Assembly: GCA_030264375.1 (NCBI GenBank)
Contig: JASCQW010000130.1
Span: 13,300,281 to 13,364,280 of the forward strand
Source: Carcharhinus longimanus
Lineage: Eukaryota
Direction of reading: 5' to 3'
DNA length: 64,000 nucleotides
Shown: one piece after another, positions 50,893-62,700 of the stretch
Position numbering within the stretch: the stretch's first letter is position 1
How the letters are laid out: the number at the start of each line of letters is the position of its first letter
The notes under the pieces: model-generated
What the model was told of the DNA's origin: nothing
The model's input: only the letters and a program-made list of their open reading frames with translations
Databases searched by the model: none
Program-made: the position numbers and the translations under genes

Positions 50893-50962
50893 GTATTTGC
50901 GGCCTAGTGGTTAAGGTGATGGATTGGGATTTTCTAACTGGAATTCAAATCCTGCCAGATGC
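50893..50962 (+). pseudogene. Degenerate tRNA-Ser-like sequence
   Basis: ggcctagtggttaaggtgatggatt..ttcaaatcctgcc aligns to recalled tRNA-Ser GGCCGAGTGGTTAAGGCGATGGACT..TTCGAATCCTGCC. Confidence 0.6.
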
Positions 50963-51575
50963 ATTTCTTATCATTGCTCATTCTGGCCAGCTGCAGACAG
51001 AATTTACCTGGATTAGCCATTAGTCATTGCGGGGGTGGGGAGACAATGGCATAGTGGTATTGTCAGCAGACTGGTAATCTAGAAACCAAGGGTAATGCCC
51101 CAGGTTCAAGCCCCCCCTCCCCCACAAGGGTAAGAAGACAGTGGCCTACTGGTCACTGGGCTAGTAATGCTCTGAGGCCTCAGTTCCCACATGGCAGCTA
51201 CTTTAGTTTAAATTCAACAAATAAATCTGGAATATAAAATTCTGGTCTGCTTCAATAACATTCAGGAGATATTCCTTTTTGGACACTCAACATGTGAAAT
51301 GATGAGGAACTCTGTCTTTTTAGAATCTTTGACTCAAGAAAAATGAAATTTTCAGAATATAGCAATAGAAATGGGCCATGAAGCCCTTAAACCTGCTCCA
51401 TCATTCAATTCGATCATTGTTGAATTATACCTCAAATCAGTTTATTCATTAGTTCCTTTTATTACCCTTTGCCACAAAATCAGTCTTGAAAGCTCTAATT
51501 GTCCCAGCGTTCACAACCTTTTTTTGAAATAAATGCAGAGTAAAACTGGGCAGCATTTTAAAAAATTCATTTAAA

Positions 51576-51927
51576 TTTATTTTAAACATTTTACTCCATT
51601 CTTAAAGTTACAAAGCCAATGCTCAGAATGGGCCAGGCAAGCCTGAATCCATTCCTTGCATGCTCCAAACACCCAATTCAAAATTCAATTGAATCCAATT
51701 CAAGGTTCCCACAAGAGAGACCAACAAGATCCAAGCTGACAAGAGAAGGCACTGTACCCCATCTTGGGCTTGATCTGATGCTTGGGGCAGGATTTTCCAG
51801 CCATGCTCACCCCAAGACGGGAAAATCCTGCCCGAGGTTAAAAGACCTTTGCACGATCTGCCCCACCCGTTATGATTCCCATGTCGGAAAATTCTGCCTT
51901 TGATCTTAGCCAAAAGGCTGAAACATG
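51576..51927 (-). mobile_element. U2 snRNA-derived retroposon (SINE-like), copy 2
   Basis: Reverse complement atgtttcagccttttggctaagatcaa-[MITE]-gcatcagatcaagcccaagatggg...ctttaagaatggagtaaaa is collinear with 7968-8190. Confidence 0.85.
51785..51899. mobile_element. Harbinger-type MITE inside the U2-derived element
   Basis: TIRs gggcaggattttcc / ggaaaattctgcct; 3-bp TSD ttg at 51782-51784 and 51900-51902; copy 1 shows the empty site. Confidence 0.9.
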
Positions 51928-51937
51928 CAGCCAATTA

Positions 51938-52230
51938 TGGTGGCACAGTGGCACAATGGTACTGCTGCCTTATAGTGCTAAGGACCCAGGTTCAATTCTG
52001 GCCTTGGGTGACTGTCTGTGTTGAAGTTTTACATCCCCCCCGCTCAAGGCGGCTGCAGGGGTTTCCTCCCACACTCCAAAGATATGCAGGTTAGAATGAT
52101 TGGCCACGCTAAATTGCCTCTTAGTGTTGGAGGGATTTGTAGGATAGATTAGTGGGATAGGGCCTGGGTGGGATTGTGGTCGATGCAGATCGATGGGCTG
52201 AATGGCCTCTTTCTACACTGTAAGGTCCTA
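51938..52230 (+). mobile_element. HE1-like SINE
   Basis: tRNA head, ggtttcctcccacactccaaagatatgcagg core, aatggcctcttt..cactgt tail. Confidence 0.85.
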
Positions 52231-52574
52231 TTGTTCAATTCGATCCTTTTNNNNNNNNNNNNNNNNNNNNNNNNNNNNNNNNNNNNNNNNNNNNNNNNNN
52301 NNNNNNNNNNNNNNNNNNNNNNNNNNNNNNNNNNNNNNNNNNNNNNNAAAGGACTGTATGGTGACCAAATGAAGTTCTTGGGGTTAAGGCTGTAGGTGAA
52401 TTTTCTTCCTCCTCAGGAACTTCTTTAAAGTCCCAAAGAGCTGCCCACCCAGTGTAATTTGGTTGCTGCAAGGAAAAATAACAGAAAAGCAAGATCATTG
52501 GAAGAAATAAAATTCAAAATGAAAGTCCTGCAAGCAAAAACAATCAAGCCTAATCAGCAATAAAACTTAATGCC

Positions 52575-53102
52575 CCAATACTGTGTCCAGTTCTGGTCAC
52601 ACTACTATAGAAAGGATATTATTAAACTAGAAAGAGGGCAGAAAAGATTTACTAAGATGCTACTGGGACTTGATGGTTTGAGTTATAAGGAGAGGCTGGA
52701 TAGACTGGGACTTTTCTCAACATAGAAGACTGAGGGGTGATCTTACAGAGGTCTATGAAATAATGAGGGGCATCGATCAGCTAGATAGTCATTATGTTTT
52801 CCCAAAGGTAGGGGAGTCCAGAACTAGAGGGCATAGGTTTAAGGTGAGAGAGATACAAAAGTGTCCAGAGGGCAATTTTTTTCACACAGAAGGTGGTGCG
52901 TGTCTGGAACAAGCTGCCAGTAGTAGAAGCGGGTACAATTTTGTCTTTTAAAAAGCATTTAGACAGTTACATGGGTAAGATGGGTAGAGGGATATAGGCC
53001 AATTGCAGGCAATTGGGATTCGTTTAAGTGTTTAAAAAAAGGGCAGCATGGACAAGTTGGGCCAATGGGCCTGTTTCCATGCCGTAAACCTCTATGACTT
53101 TA
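52575..53102 (+). mobile_element. CR1 LINE 3' fragment
   Basis: YCVQFWSHYYRKDIIKLER.. and RTRGHRFKVR; ctatgact tail. Another CR1 tail lies at 53370-53600. Confidence 0.9.
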
Positions 53103-54949
53103 TAATCAAAATAAAGAAAGCATTCATTTGTTAAGAATCAAACCTTTATGGGGCAATCCAATGTCACAATGCTGCATTTCATATCGGTACCAATTCCATT
53201 AGTGAAAAACCAGTTGAATCCGGTTTGGGATTAATTGGCATAATTTTTGAAGGTCTAGTGATATTTGTGCTGATCACCAATGATGAATATAAATATGTAT
53301 TTATATATGCATTATATAGAAATTTCTTATCTATATATATATTTATCAAATATTTCTAATCTACAAAGTACTCTCAGAAGATGGTGGGAATCTGGAATGC
53401 ACTGCCTGGGAAGGTAGCGGAGGCCAGAAATCTTATAACCTTTAAAAAATATTTGGATGAGTAATTGAAACATCATAACATTCAAAGACATGGGGTAAGT
53501 GCTGGAAACTGGGATTAGTACAACATTCGTGCTAGATATTGCTGCTGCAGACTCAATGGGCTGAAAGGCCTTTTCTGTGTTGTATACCTCGATGACCCTA
53601 TGAATGTGCATTGACCTATGGCTTTTATTTTGTGATCTGCACACTCCATTCCCTCCCTTCCTCTGCTCCTTCCCTTGAAGCCTAATGCTCTAGAAGATTC
53701 TCATAACATTAGGGTTCACACAGCAGAGCTCTCAAATTCTGTCATTTATGCAGTTCCCGCTCTTCTAAGTAATGGACTCATTACAAAGGATCTTAAAGAA
53801 ACTGAAATGGTTAAGTACAAGGGGAGGTGTGTAGCATTTGACAAGGCGCACAGGATTTTCCAGTCTCCCAGTCAATTATCAGACCAAAATGCCAAGAGTT
53901 GTCACTGAGCTATACAACCATCTATAATTACAGCATTTGTTTGGTAATGCTGATATAAATAACCTTGGTCCATTAAGCTGCAGTAGATTTACTTTAGGCA
54001 AGGACACAAGAGTACTGACACTTTTATTTTTATTTCAGAACAACAGGTGGATAGATGTGTTCAAACCTCAGTGTTTATCCTAAATAATATGCCACCTGTA
54101 ATACGTAACGAAGTTCATTCAGATCTGTCATATCTGCAATCTGCTTTCCAATTACAGTGACTGCCATTAAAGAATTAACTTCACATTTCAATGGTTGTAT
54201 TGCATCGCTTGAATCACCTCCATTGGCTATACCAACATTTGGACTCAAGATACATGTGATAAGGGCCATTCTACTATCATGCACCCAATTTAAATGGGTG
54301 TGGTAAATACTGGAAGCGCCCTTCAGCCCCTATAAAATATGTGATGCAATGTCGGTTTTGCCAAGCGTTTTTTATGAGTGTTTGGTAATAAACAAGGTGA
54401 TAAAAGAAAACATTCTGGAAATACTCAGCCGTTATGGCAACATCTGTTGAGAGAACAATACTTGGCAGAGGATGATGGACAGAACTCCAATTCCAAGAAT
54501 CAATCTCGTCAACTTTTGTTGCACAATTTCAAAGGCAGGTATATCCTTTCTTAAATAAGAAGAAAGAAAGTGTATGCTGTACTCCGAGTTACGGCCTTGA
54601 GAAAGCTGCACATAAATGAAGCAAGACATTCTTTCTTTGACAAAGGCTACAATGCTTTTTGTCTTCCGATTTGTTTGTTGTACCTGTAGGTTCTTGCATT
54701 GTCTGCAAGGGCCTTCAAATCCCCAATACAAACATTTAATATCTTTCATTATCTAAAAAATAATTTACTTCATTTTTCCTGTCAAAGTAAATAATTTCAT
54801 TTTTCCCCACCTTATAATCCAGCTGTCATTTTCTTGTCTAATCACTTAACTGGTCCAAATCTCTTGCTTCAGTTACCTGATTTTTTTTAACTCCCACCCT
54901 ACTCTGACTTTTAACCTCAGCAGCCCACACTGCTCTGATAAAATGTAAC

Positions 54950-55305
54950 AGAATCCATAGGAGAAAGGAGGCTATTCAGACCATTGAGTCTACACCCACT
55001 CTCAGAAACAGTATCCCACTCAGGCCCTCCCCTCTTCCCTATCCCCGTAACCCCACATATTTACCATGGTTAATCCACCAGATCTACACATTTTTTGGAC
55101 ATTACGGGGAAAGTGAGCATGACTAACCTACCTAACCTGCATATCTTTGGATTGTAGGCAGAAACCGGAGCACCCAAAGGAAACCCACACAGACATGGGG
55201 AGAATGTACAAATTTCGCACAGACAGTCACCCAAGACTGGAATCGAACCCAGATCCCTAGTACTGTGAGGCAGCATTGCTAACCACTATGCCACTGCGCT
55301 GCCCA
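54950..55305 (-). mobile_element. HE1-like SINE
   Basis: Reverse complement of the full head, core and tail. Confidence 0.9.
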
Positions 55306-55306
55306 C

Positions 55307-55770
55307 AGAGACGCAAGAAACAGGACATTGCCTTTCAATAAGACAGTTTACAGCCTTCCGGACTCAACATTGAATTCAACTATTACAGATCCATAACCAT
55401 GGCTCCAAATCTTTCAGACAGCAGCTTCTGGTAATGATTTTGCTGTCACTATGTACAGCCTTTTGTTTCTTTATCTGTCTCATTTCCTTTCGCCTTCCAT
55501 CATCATCCCATTGGACATTTTATTTCTCCTAACTTCCACCCAGCACGGGCTGTTTTTCTGTTGTCCTTCACGTTCCCCCTCGTTGCTCCATCCTACCTTG
55601 CTTTGCTGCTATCCTCATTAAAACCTATTGGATCTTCAGTATTTGCGTGCTCTGATTAAGGCCAATGACTCAGGATATTATTTTTTCTCTACAGTTGCTG
55701 CCTGACCTGTTGAGTATTTGCATCACTTTCTGGTTTTGTTGCCCATACAGCATCCACAGCAATTTTCTTT
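55307..55770 (+). mobile_element. Penelope-like element 3' fragment
   Basis: ttacagccttccggactcaacattgaattcaac encodes LQPSGLNIEFN, typical of the Penelope GIY-YIG C-terminus, followed by pLTR-like ctctacagttgctgcctgacctgttgagtattt. Confidence 0.75.
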
Positions 55771-55919
55771 TGACTAAACCGAGAGTGCCAATTGACCAAC
55801 AATAGTCCACTTACACTGAAGGTGAAATTTACCTTTGTGCACTATTAAGATACCTCAATATACACAAGAGCTCGTGAAAACCTGTCTCTATAATTTTAGC
55901 ATTGGTATGAGTTACTTTA

Positions 55920-56115
55920 GGACAGCACCGTGGTTCGTACTGCTGCCTCACAATGCCAGGCATCCGGGTTCAATTCTGGACTGGATGTCTCTCTGCGAGG
56001 AGTTTGCAGATTCTCCCCATGTCTGTGTGGTTTTTCGCCGGGTGATGTGATTCCCTCCCACAGTCTAAAGATGTGCAGGTTGGGTGGATTGGCCCGGCTA
56101 AATTGCCCCTTAGTT
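55920..56115 (+). mobile_element. HE1-like SINE 5' part
   Basis: ggacagcaccgtggttcgtactgctgcctcaca head and V-domain-like core. Confidence 0.8.
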
Positions 56116-57099
56116 TGCTTGTGGCATACTGCCCCTCAAGCTATAAGCCCCTGGTAGACAGACTAGCGACCTATTCCAGGAAGATTTATCTACAAAAACA
56201 GATGAAAATCTGACCCATGGACTGTCAAGTTGTGGAAAGGTAGAGAGTTGAATTATTTTGCATGCAGCATTTTTCATGAATTATTTATAATTGCGGGTGG
56301 GGGTGTTAGTGGTGAGTCCAATGTCAGGACCAAGACTGAGGATGGGATTTTCTAGCCGTGCCCACTGCCAGGATCATCCAATCCCACCAAAAATCTGGCT
56401 GTGCTATCGAATCTCCCCTGGTGGGTCAGCCATGACAGAGATGGATAATCCAAGCCTGAGACTTCCCTAAGAGGGATCTTCCCTTTGCTCCAAGCTCGGG
56501 TTCAGTTCGGGCGTATCTCAGAATTTGCATTACATTCATTTAGCATCAGTGTGAAATCAAAAATAGCACAAATGCGAGCTGGATCTCTGTGTTGGTGATT
56601 GGCAAAAGAACCAAAGACAACCTAAGGAATAATTTTTTTACACAGCGAGTGTTAGGATCTGGAAGGCACTGCAAATGTAATGAAAGCAGATTCATCAATG
56701 CTTTTCCAAAGAGATTTGGATCATTATTTGAAAAGGAAGGGGCTATGGGGAAAAGGTAGGGGAATAGGACTCAGTAGGTTGCTTTCGTAGAGAAGAAGCA
56801 ATGACATGACAGGCTTACATGTGTGAGGGAGTAAACAGTGTAGATCTATTGTGACCAAAGGAATGTTTCAGGGAGATGTAGACTGCGATGGTAGATAAAG
56901 TTCTGGTGATTACTGTTTTTCATTGGGCTAATGTATTTAGAGATAAGATCACAGAACATCCCCAACATTACTTTTAACTGATTGATACACGCTGATTTGA
57001 GCTGCCTATTTTTCCTTCTTGCCCTCTTTCAGGCTACAAGTTAACTTTGTGTTTCTAAAGTTTAGGTTTTCCTTTCTCTGTATATCTAAATTATACATG

Positions 57100-57437
57100 A
57101 TATAGAATCCCTACAGTGCAGAAAGTGACCATTTGACGCATCGAGTCTGCTTCGACTCTGACAGAGCATCTTACCCAGACTAGCTCCATCCCTATAACCC
57201 CACGCATTTACCCCATTAATCACCCTAACCTACATATTCAGGACACTCAGGGACAATTTTACCATGGCCAATCCACCGAACCTCACGTCTTTGGACTGTT
57301 GGAGGAAACCAGAGCACCCAAAGGAAACTCATGCAAACACGAAGTGAACGTGCAGACTTCACACAGTCACCCAAGGCCAGAATCGAACCCAGGTCCCTGG
57401 AGGTGTTAGGTAGCTGTGCTAACCATTGTGCAACCAG
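57100..57437 (-). mobile_element. HE1-like SINE
   Basis: atagaatccctacagtgcagaa tail through gtgctaaccattgtgc head. Confidence 0.88.
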
Positions 57438-58422
57438 TCACTAATGATTTTTCAACAGCTATGGCTCAGTATTCATCTTAATTTGCAAAGATGGCTGAAT
57501 ATCTCTGTCAACACGAAGACTGCATGTTTCTCAGAATTAAGGTGCGGGAAATGAGTCTCATCGTAACCCCTATCAGGAGTGACTGTAAATGAATATTGGT
57601 AACAGCCAGTGCTCCATTTTCTTTCTGTGACTTGTTTCTTGGAGCTGGGATATAGTGAAGACATTGTAGCCACTCCCAGAGTATTCTGCATTCATCTGCA
57701 CTAGCCTGTTCCCCTGGCCCAATACCATCTCTGTGTCTGTGCCATGCAGTGATGTGGAGTTTGATCACTGCACACGCTTTGACCCATCCAGAAGATGGGA
57801 AGAAAAATATATATCTAGATCAACCTGGCTACCTCCACTTGAAGGCAGTGGTGTTCCAGAGGACATGGGATGAGTTAGGAAAGCACTCAAGGCCCTTGTT
57901 GACCACTCCATGACTAATTTAAATGTGGGGTAGAAAAGTTACCAACTTTTCTAAGAAAGACTCACAGTGATACCTTCCATAGTTGTTAAGGCACCCAGAG
58001 ATATAGCAAGAGATAATCATCTCCCAGAGGACAATAATGTTCCCAAAGACATTGAAGCCTTCACGTCAGGGGCATAGAGGGACCCGAACTGATGGAAAAC
58101 CATGCATAGCCATCGCCATGCAGAATTGCAAGAGGACCAGACGGAGATAACCATCCCTTTTAAAATGATCCAAAACCCGCATCCAGTCTATAGCCTTGGA
58201 TCCTTTTCCAGCCTCAATGTAGGAGAGATCCTTGCCAGTAGGCCATCTTCCTGCCTTCTTGACCCAGAGAGGCTGGCCCAAGTTCAGGGGCCAACTGCCC
58301 GCCTGCTGCTGTGCACCAGAAGCAGAAGCCAAAACTCTCCACTTGTGTTGGTCCCCAAGTGGGCAATGAGTTGGAATTCCCTACAGAGGTCAAGGTTATT
58401 AGAATGTAACCAGTGACAACTT

Positions 58423-58670
58423 TGTATTGGATGTAATGTGACCAATGGTAACAAGCTGTAAGGGTCAGCTGACCCAGTAACACATGGAACCAATGATGTA
58501 ATAGTCAGCTGACCAGCTGACTCACTATAAATAAGAACCTGTTTGGAATTGTGAGGAGCTTGGATTGGCCCAGGACATGGCCCCAAGTTTGGAATAATGA
58601 AGTTTATTTATTAAACTCTTTCTTTGATTTATAAGTTGGAGTAAGTTTTGTTATATTTTTATTGTCTACA
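58423..58670 (+). mobile_element. Possible short solo LTR
   Basis: TG...CA, tataaa near 58526, attaaa near 58610; no TSD match found. Confidence 0.4.
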
Positions 58671-59759
58671 TTTGAAGAGTTCCTTCAGAAGAAACAAAGG
58701 TTCCTTTAAAACACTCCACTTTCCTGACCCTCAGCCAAACCCCTGAGTCTGAACTCCTGTACCCACAGATTACCAGAGTGGACAGGCTGGAGCTGGCCAG
58801 GACAAAAGCAGCTCACCCTATGATACCAGGGCCTGGCACCCACAGAGCGAGATGTCCAGCATTCCCCTGAGGTCGTCCAGATTAGCTTCACCATCACTCG
58901 CCCTCTGAGTGCTAATCAGCCTGCAAAAGCGCCCGACCCTTTTTGAGATAAAGGTTATTTCACTGCAGATGCTGGAATCTGAAACACAAACAGAAAATGC
59001 TGGAAAATCTCGGCACCGGACAGTATCGCTCTTTCGCTCTCTCTCCACAGATGCTGTCAGACTTGCTGAGATCCTTTTTGAAGTTATTTAGTCAGAAGAT
59101 TGGAATGCCTGAGCCCCAACCGAGGGAAATTGGAATTCTACCACCGAAATGATTTCACCATGCAGCAGGGAAGCACGATTGCCCCATTAGTTGTGTGCCT
59201 AAGGTGCCAGTATAAATGAAAGAACCCACATATATTACTTCCTATTCTTCCTCCCCTATGACCACATAAAAAAAATGAAATGGAATGAAATTCATTTAAC
59301 TTTTCTCCAACAGGAAAGAAATGTCCCATCTAGAAGACAGGAAGGAAAATACATCTTTACCTCAACCTGGCCAATTTATAAAATTATTGTTGTTTTCAAA
59401 ACGGACAAAAGCTTCCTCTTGCCATGTCTGCCCTGCCATGATTCTTACCAGAGGAATCTCAAAACTTCAGAAACCAGCAAGGACCTCGTTATCTTTAAGG
59501 CCATCTGCAAAATCTCACCAAAAAATAGCATTATTGTTTGGGGTGTAAAAAATGGGGTGTTTCCTGTTAACGGAGCCAGTGCATTTTTGGCACAAGTTTT
59601 ATGCCTCATGAGCAGTAATTTCTTTGCCTATAAGTGTCATGTCGCACTTGCAGAGTGCGCCCTCTGACTCACCCACCCTGTCATGAATTAACTGCTGTAA
59701 GCACTGGGGAACTCCATATAAACGGCTCCCCAGCACTTGTTCCACAACGACTGCAAGGG

Positions 59760-60400
59760 ATGACAGTCAGGAAAGCATCATCACACTTTGCAGAGGGGGC
59801 CCTCACCAGGACGCTGGATGGAGTGCAGCAGAGGAGGGATACAGTCTATCCTCTGCTCCAGGAGAAGGTCTTCCAGCAGGGTGACCACCCCCCACCTAGG
59901 ATGCTTTGGCAGCCCCGCTCAGTACAAGTGCGTTCCAGAAGAGGATGGGGCAGCAGTGTGGAAAGAAGATGAATGATCTTCTTTGCTCAGGCAGTCTCCC
60001 TCATCCTCATGCACCCCTGGTATCCCCAACTCACTCTCTCACCCAGCCAGCTCATGGGTTGCCAACGCCAAGTGCTCCCCCCATCCTGCCCCCACCCCAG
60101 CCGCCTCACTCGCACAATCACCATGTTGTAGCTGCTATGTTCCTCGCATTCCAGCTCCCACCCAAGCCCTACACCTGCCACACCTCATCACCATCTTAAA
60201 TGTCCACACTTCCATTGACACTCTCCCTCTCTGTGTCACTGCAGGACAAACTCACCCACAACAAGCATGAATGGGCATAGAAAGCTGGAGACCTGGGCTG
60301 AGAACCCTCACACAGTTTGAGGATCGAGCCCTCGACCTATCCAGGGAGGAGGAAGAACCTGCCTGTGCTGCTGGTGGTGCTGGGCAGCAGAGAAACATGA
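59760..60400 (+). pseudogene. Harbinger Myb/SANT-like gene relic (two exons)
   Basis: TATA catataaa near 59716, ATG at 59760, MTVRKASSHFAEGALTRTLDGVQQRRDTVYP..QCGKKMNDL; acceptor ctgcag at 60244, then DKLTHNKHE..LTQFEDRALDL; AATAAA at 60709. Confidence 0.8.
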
Positions 60401-60829
60401 GGATCCTCAAGACATTCTACCATTCCTCAAATCCCAAGTAGTAATCAATGTTCCCTCCGTACTCCCTGTAATGCATTGATGCCATGTCCTTTCTCTTGCA
60501 AGCCAGCAAGTGGAACAGGCCGGACCATCCTCATGCCCCCAGGGTCATCTCAGGTAACAGTAGGCTGCCTCTACCTCAGCTATGGATCCTGGAGAAGGAC
60601 AGAGACATGGGGGAGGGTGAGGAAGATTAAGGAGTGATAGGCATCTAGCTGGCACGGGTGGTAGTAGGCACTAGTGTAGTGAGGTTAGCACTGTAAATAG
60701 TTACAAGTAATAAATCACTCTGTACACTCACAGAGACTGTAATCTGTCATTTCATGCCACCAAATTCGGTGGACCCACACACACACCCAATGCTTCATTC
60801 CTGTGGAGTGTGAGAATGGCTGTGCTATG

Positions 60830-61260
60830 TTTCTCCCACATTGATTGAGAGTGAAGAAGACCTACTGCAAGCAATGCCGCCATCCTCAACTTCCTCCTCA
60901 TCCGAGAAGACCCAGCACTCAACCATCTCCTCCAGGTCTAGGTTGTCTCCCCTCTGCAGTGCCAGGTTGTGGAGAGCACAGCAGACCGTAACAATATAGG
61001 AGACTTTCTGGGATTTGTATTGTAGAGCACCCCCACTAACCGATCCAGGCACTGGAAACTCATTTTCAATAGTCCAATCACTGCTCCACTAACGTGTGTT
61101 GAAGTGTGAGACTCATTGCATCGAGTCTCCGCTGGTGTTTGTGGTCTCTGCTCAGGCGTCATCAGCCACCTTCTGAGTGGGTACCCATTGGCCCTGAGGA
61201 ACCATCCCTCAAAGAGGGTGCCCTGCAGATGAGGGGCAGGCTGGGCCCAAAGCTGTTGCA
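60830..61260 (-). pseudogene. Harbinger transposase C-terminal relic
   Basis: GYPLRRWLMTP..PQTPAETRCNESH..IGLLKMSFQCLD, GGALQY and CCALHNLALQRG motifs. Confidence 0.92.
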
Positions 61261-61264
61261 GGAC

Positions 61265-61650
61265 CAGCACCATGGCTACTGGGAGACATTATCGGTAAAG
61301 AATCTTTCTCTTCTCTGAACAGCTCAAGTGCTCTCTCCTCAAAGGGAGTGAGCTTCTGAGAACTGGTAGGAGCTCTCAACGCGCCCATTCATGAGTATTA
61401 TGGTGGAACTTTTTCTGTAATGAGACAGATGAGGAGAATAGGTGGGATTCTTGCCTATTCAGATGGTGATGAGGTGTGTTATGCTTGGACGTCGATGTGT
61501 TTGTGGACACAAGACATTCTGCCTCTGCCTCACACCATCAGGAGTCTGGTCAGGGCTCCCTCTGAGAAACATAGTGTTCGCTTCCTTGAAGCCTTCCCTC
61601 AAATGGATCTGGAATAAGTGCTGGGGAGGCATTTAGATAGAGCTCCCTAC
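61265..61650 (-). pseudogene. Second, inverted Harbinger Myb/SANT-like gene relic
   Basis: Reverse complement ctccccagcacttattcca matches 59726-59744; encodes RKRTLCFSEGALTRL..GVRQRQNVL and LTPFEERALEL. Confidence 0.8.
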
Positions 61651-62199
61651 TGATTGCAGAGATGAAGTTGACCCGGGGCGAGCGAATCAGAGGGAAGCCA
61701 TCATACCGGGAAAATAAATTTGTTAATGAGGTTTAAAATCCTGTGTGAAGATAGCAGGATTCACGCTGATTTTCTTACCAGAACCATTGCTTAGCCAAAT
61801 TCTGGTAAGACTCCCCCCATAAAAAATTATGGCAAAATTTCATCCTCTGTCTTTTAACCATTTCACTACCTAACAGCAAAAAGAGCTCTATCCAGGTAAA
61901 TTCCCTGGTCCCAAACTACACTGTGTGCTACTGGGAACATCGGGACACCTGCATCAGTGTCAGTTGGACTAATTCACTCTGTGTGCCTTATTCCATTATG
62001 TAAGCTCTCGTTTTCAGAAGGACAGACCACTCTGCAATTTCAGTCTACTAACTTCAGAACAAATGTACCATGAGACCTTTGATCCTGGAGTCATATGAAA
62101 CCATAACTTTTATTTTTATTGTGGTCTTGCTTTGTATCCCTCTTTTTACCCTTTTTGCTCTTTTGCTGTATTAGTGCAAACATGTTGCAACATGCCATA

Positions 62200-62290
62200 C
62201 TGCATGTGCGTGTGTGTGTGTGTGTGTATGTTTGTGTGTGTATCAATGAATGAATATGTATGTGTGAGTGTATGTGTGTCTGTGTATATA
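62200..62290 (+). repeat. (TG)n-rich microsatellite
   Basis: Interrupted tgtgtg runs. Confidence 0.8.
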
Positions 62291-62364
62291 AAACAAACCT
62301 ACCCTCTTATTTTATCTTATTTTGTGTTTGCTGTGGGGTTATTAATAAAGATTAAAAATTAATG

Positions 62365-62700
62365 CCTAGTTGAGTTTTTTGAAAATGGGACTGAACACAT
62401 TGACGAAGGAAGGGTGGTGGATGTGGTTTACATGGACTTCAGCAAGGCATTTGATAAGGTCCCCCATGCAAGACTTCTTGAGAAGGTGAGAGGNNNNNNN
62501 NNNNNNNNNNNNNNNNNNNNNNNNNNNNNNNNNNNNNNNNNNNNNNNNNNNNNNNNNNNNNNNNNNNNNNNNNNNNNNNNNNNNNNNNNNNNNATTGGGA
62601 GTTACAGATAGTTCTATGGCTTGGTAGGTATGGATGTGATCGGCACAACTTGTGGGCCGAAGGGCCTGTTAGTGCTGTAGTGTTCTATGTTCTATGTTCT
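62365..62700 (+). mobile_element. CR1 LINE (RT segment, gap, 3' tail)
   Basis: VDVVYMDFSKAFDKVPH, then a (ttctatg)n tail. Confidence 0.92.
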
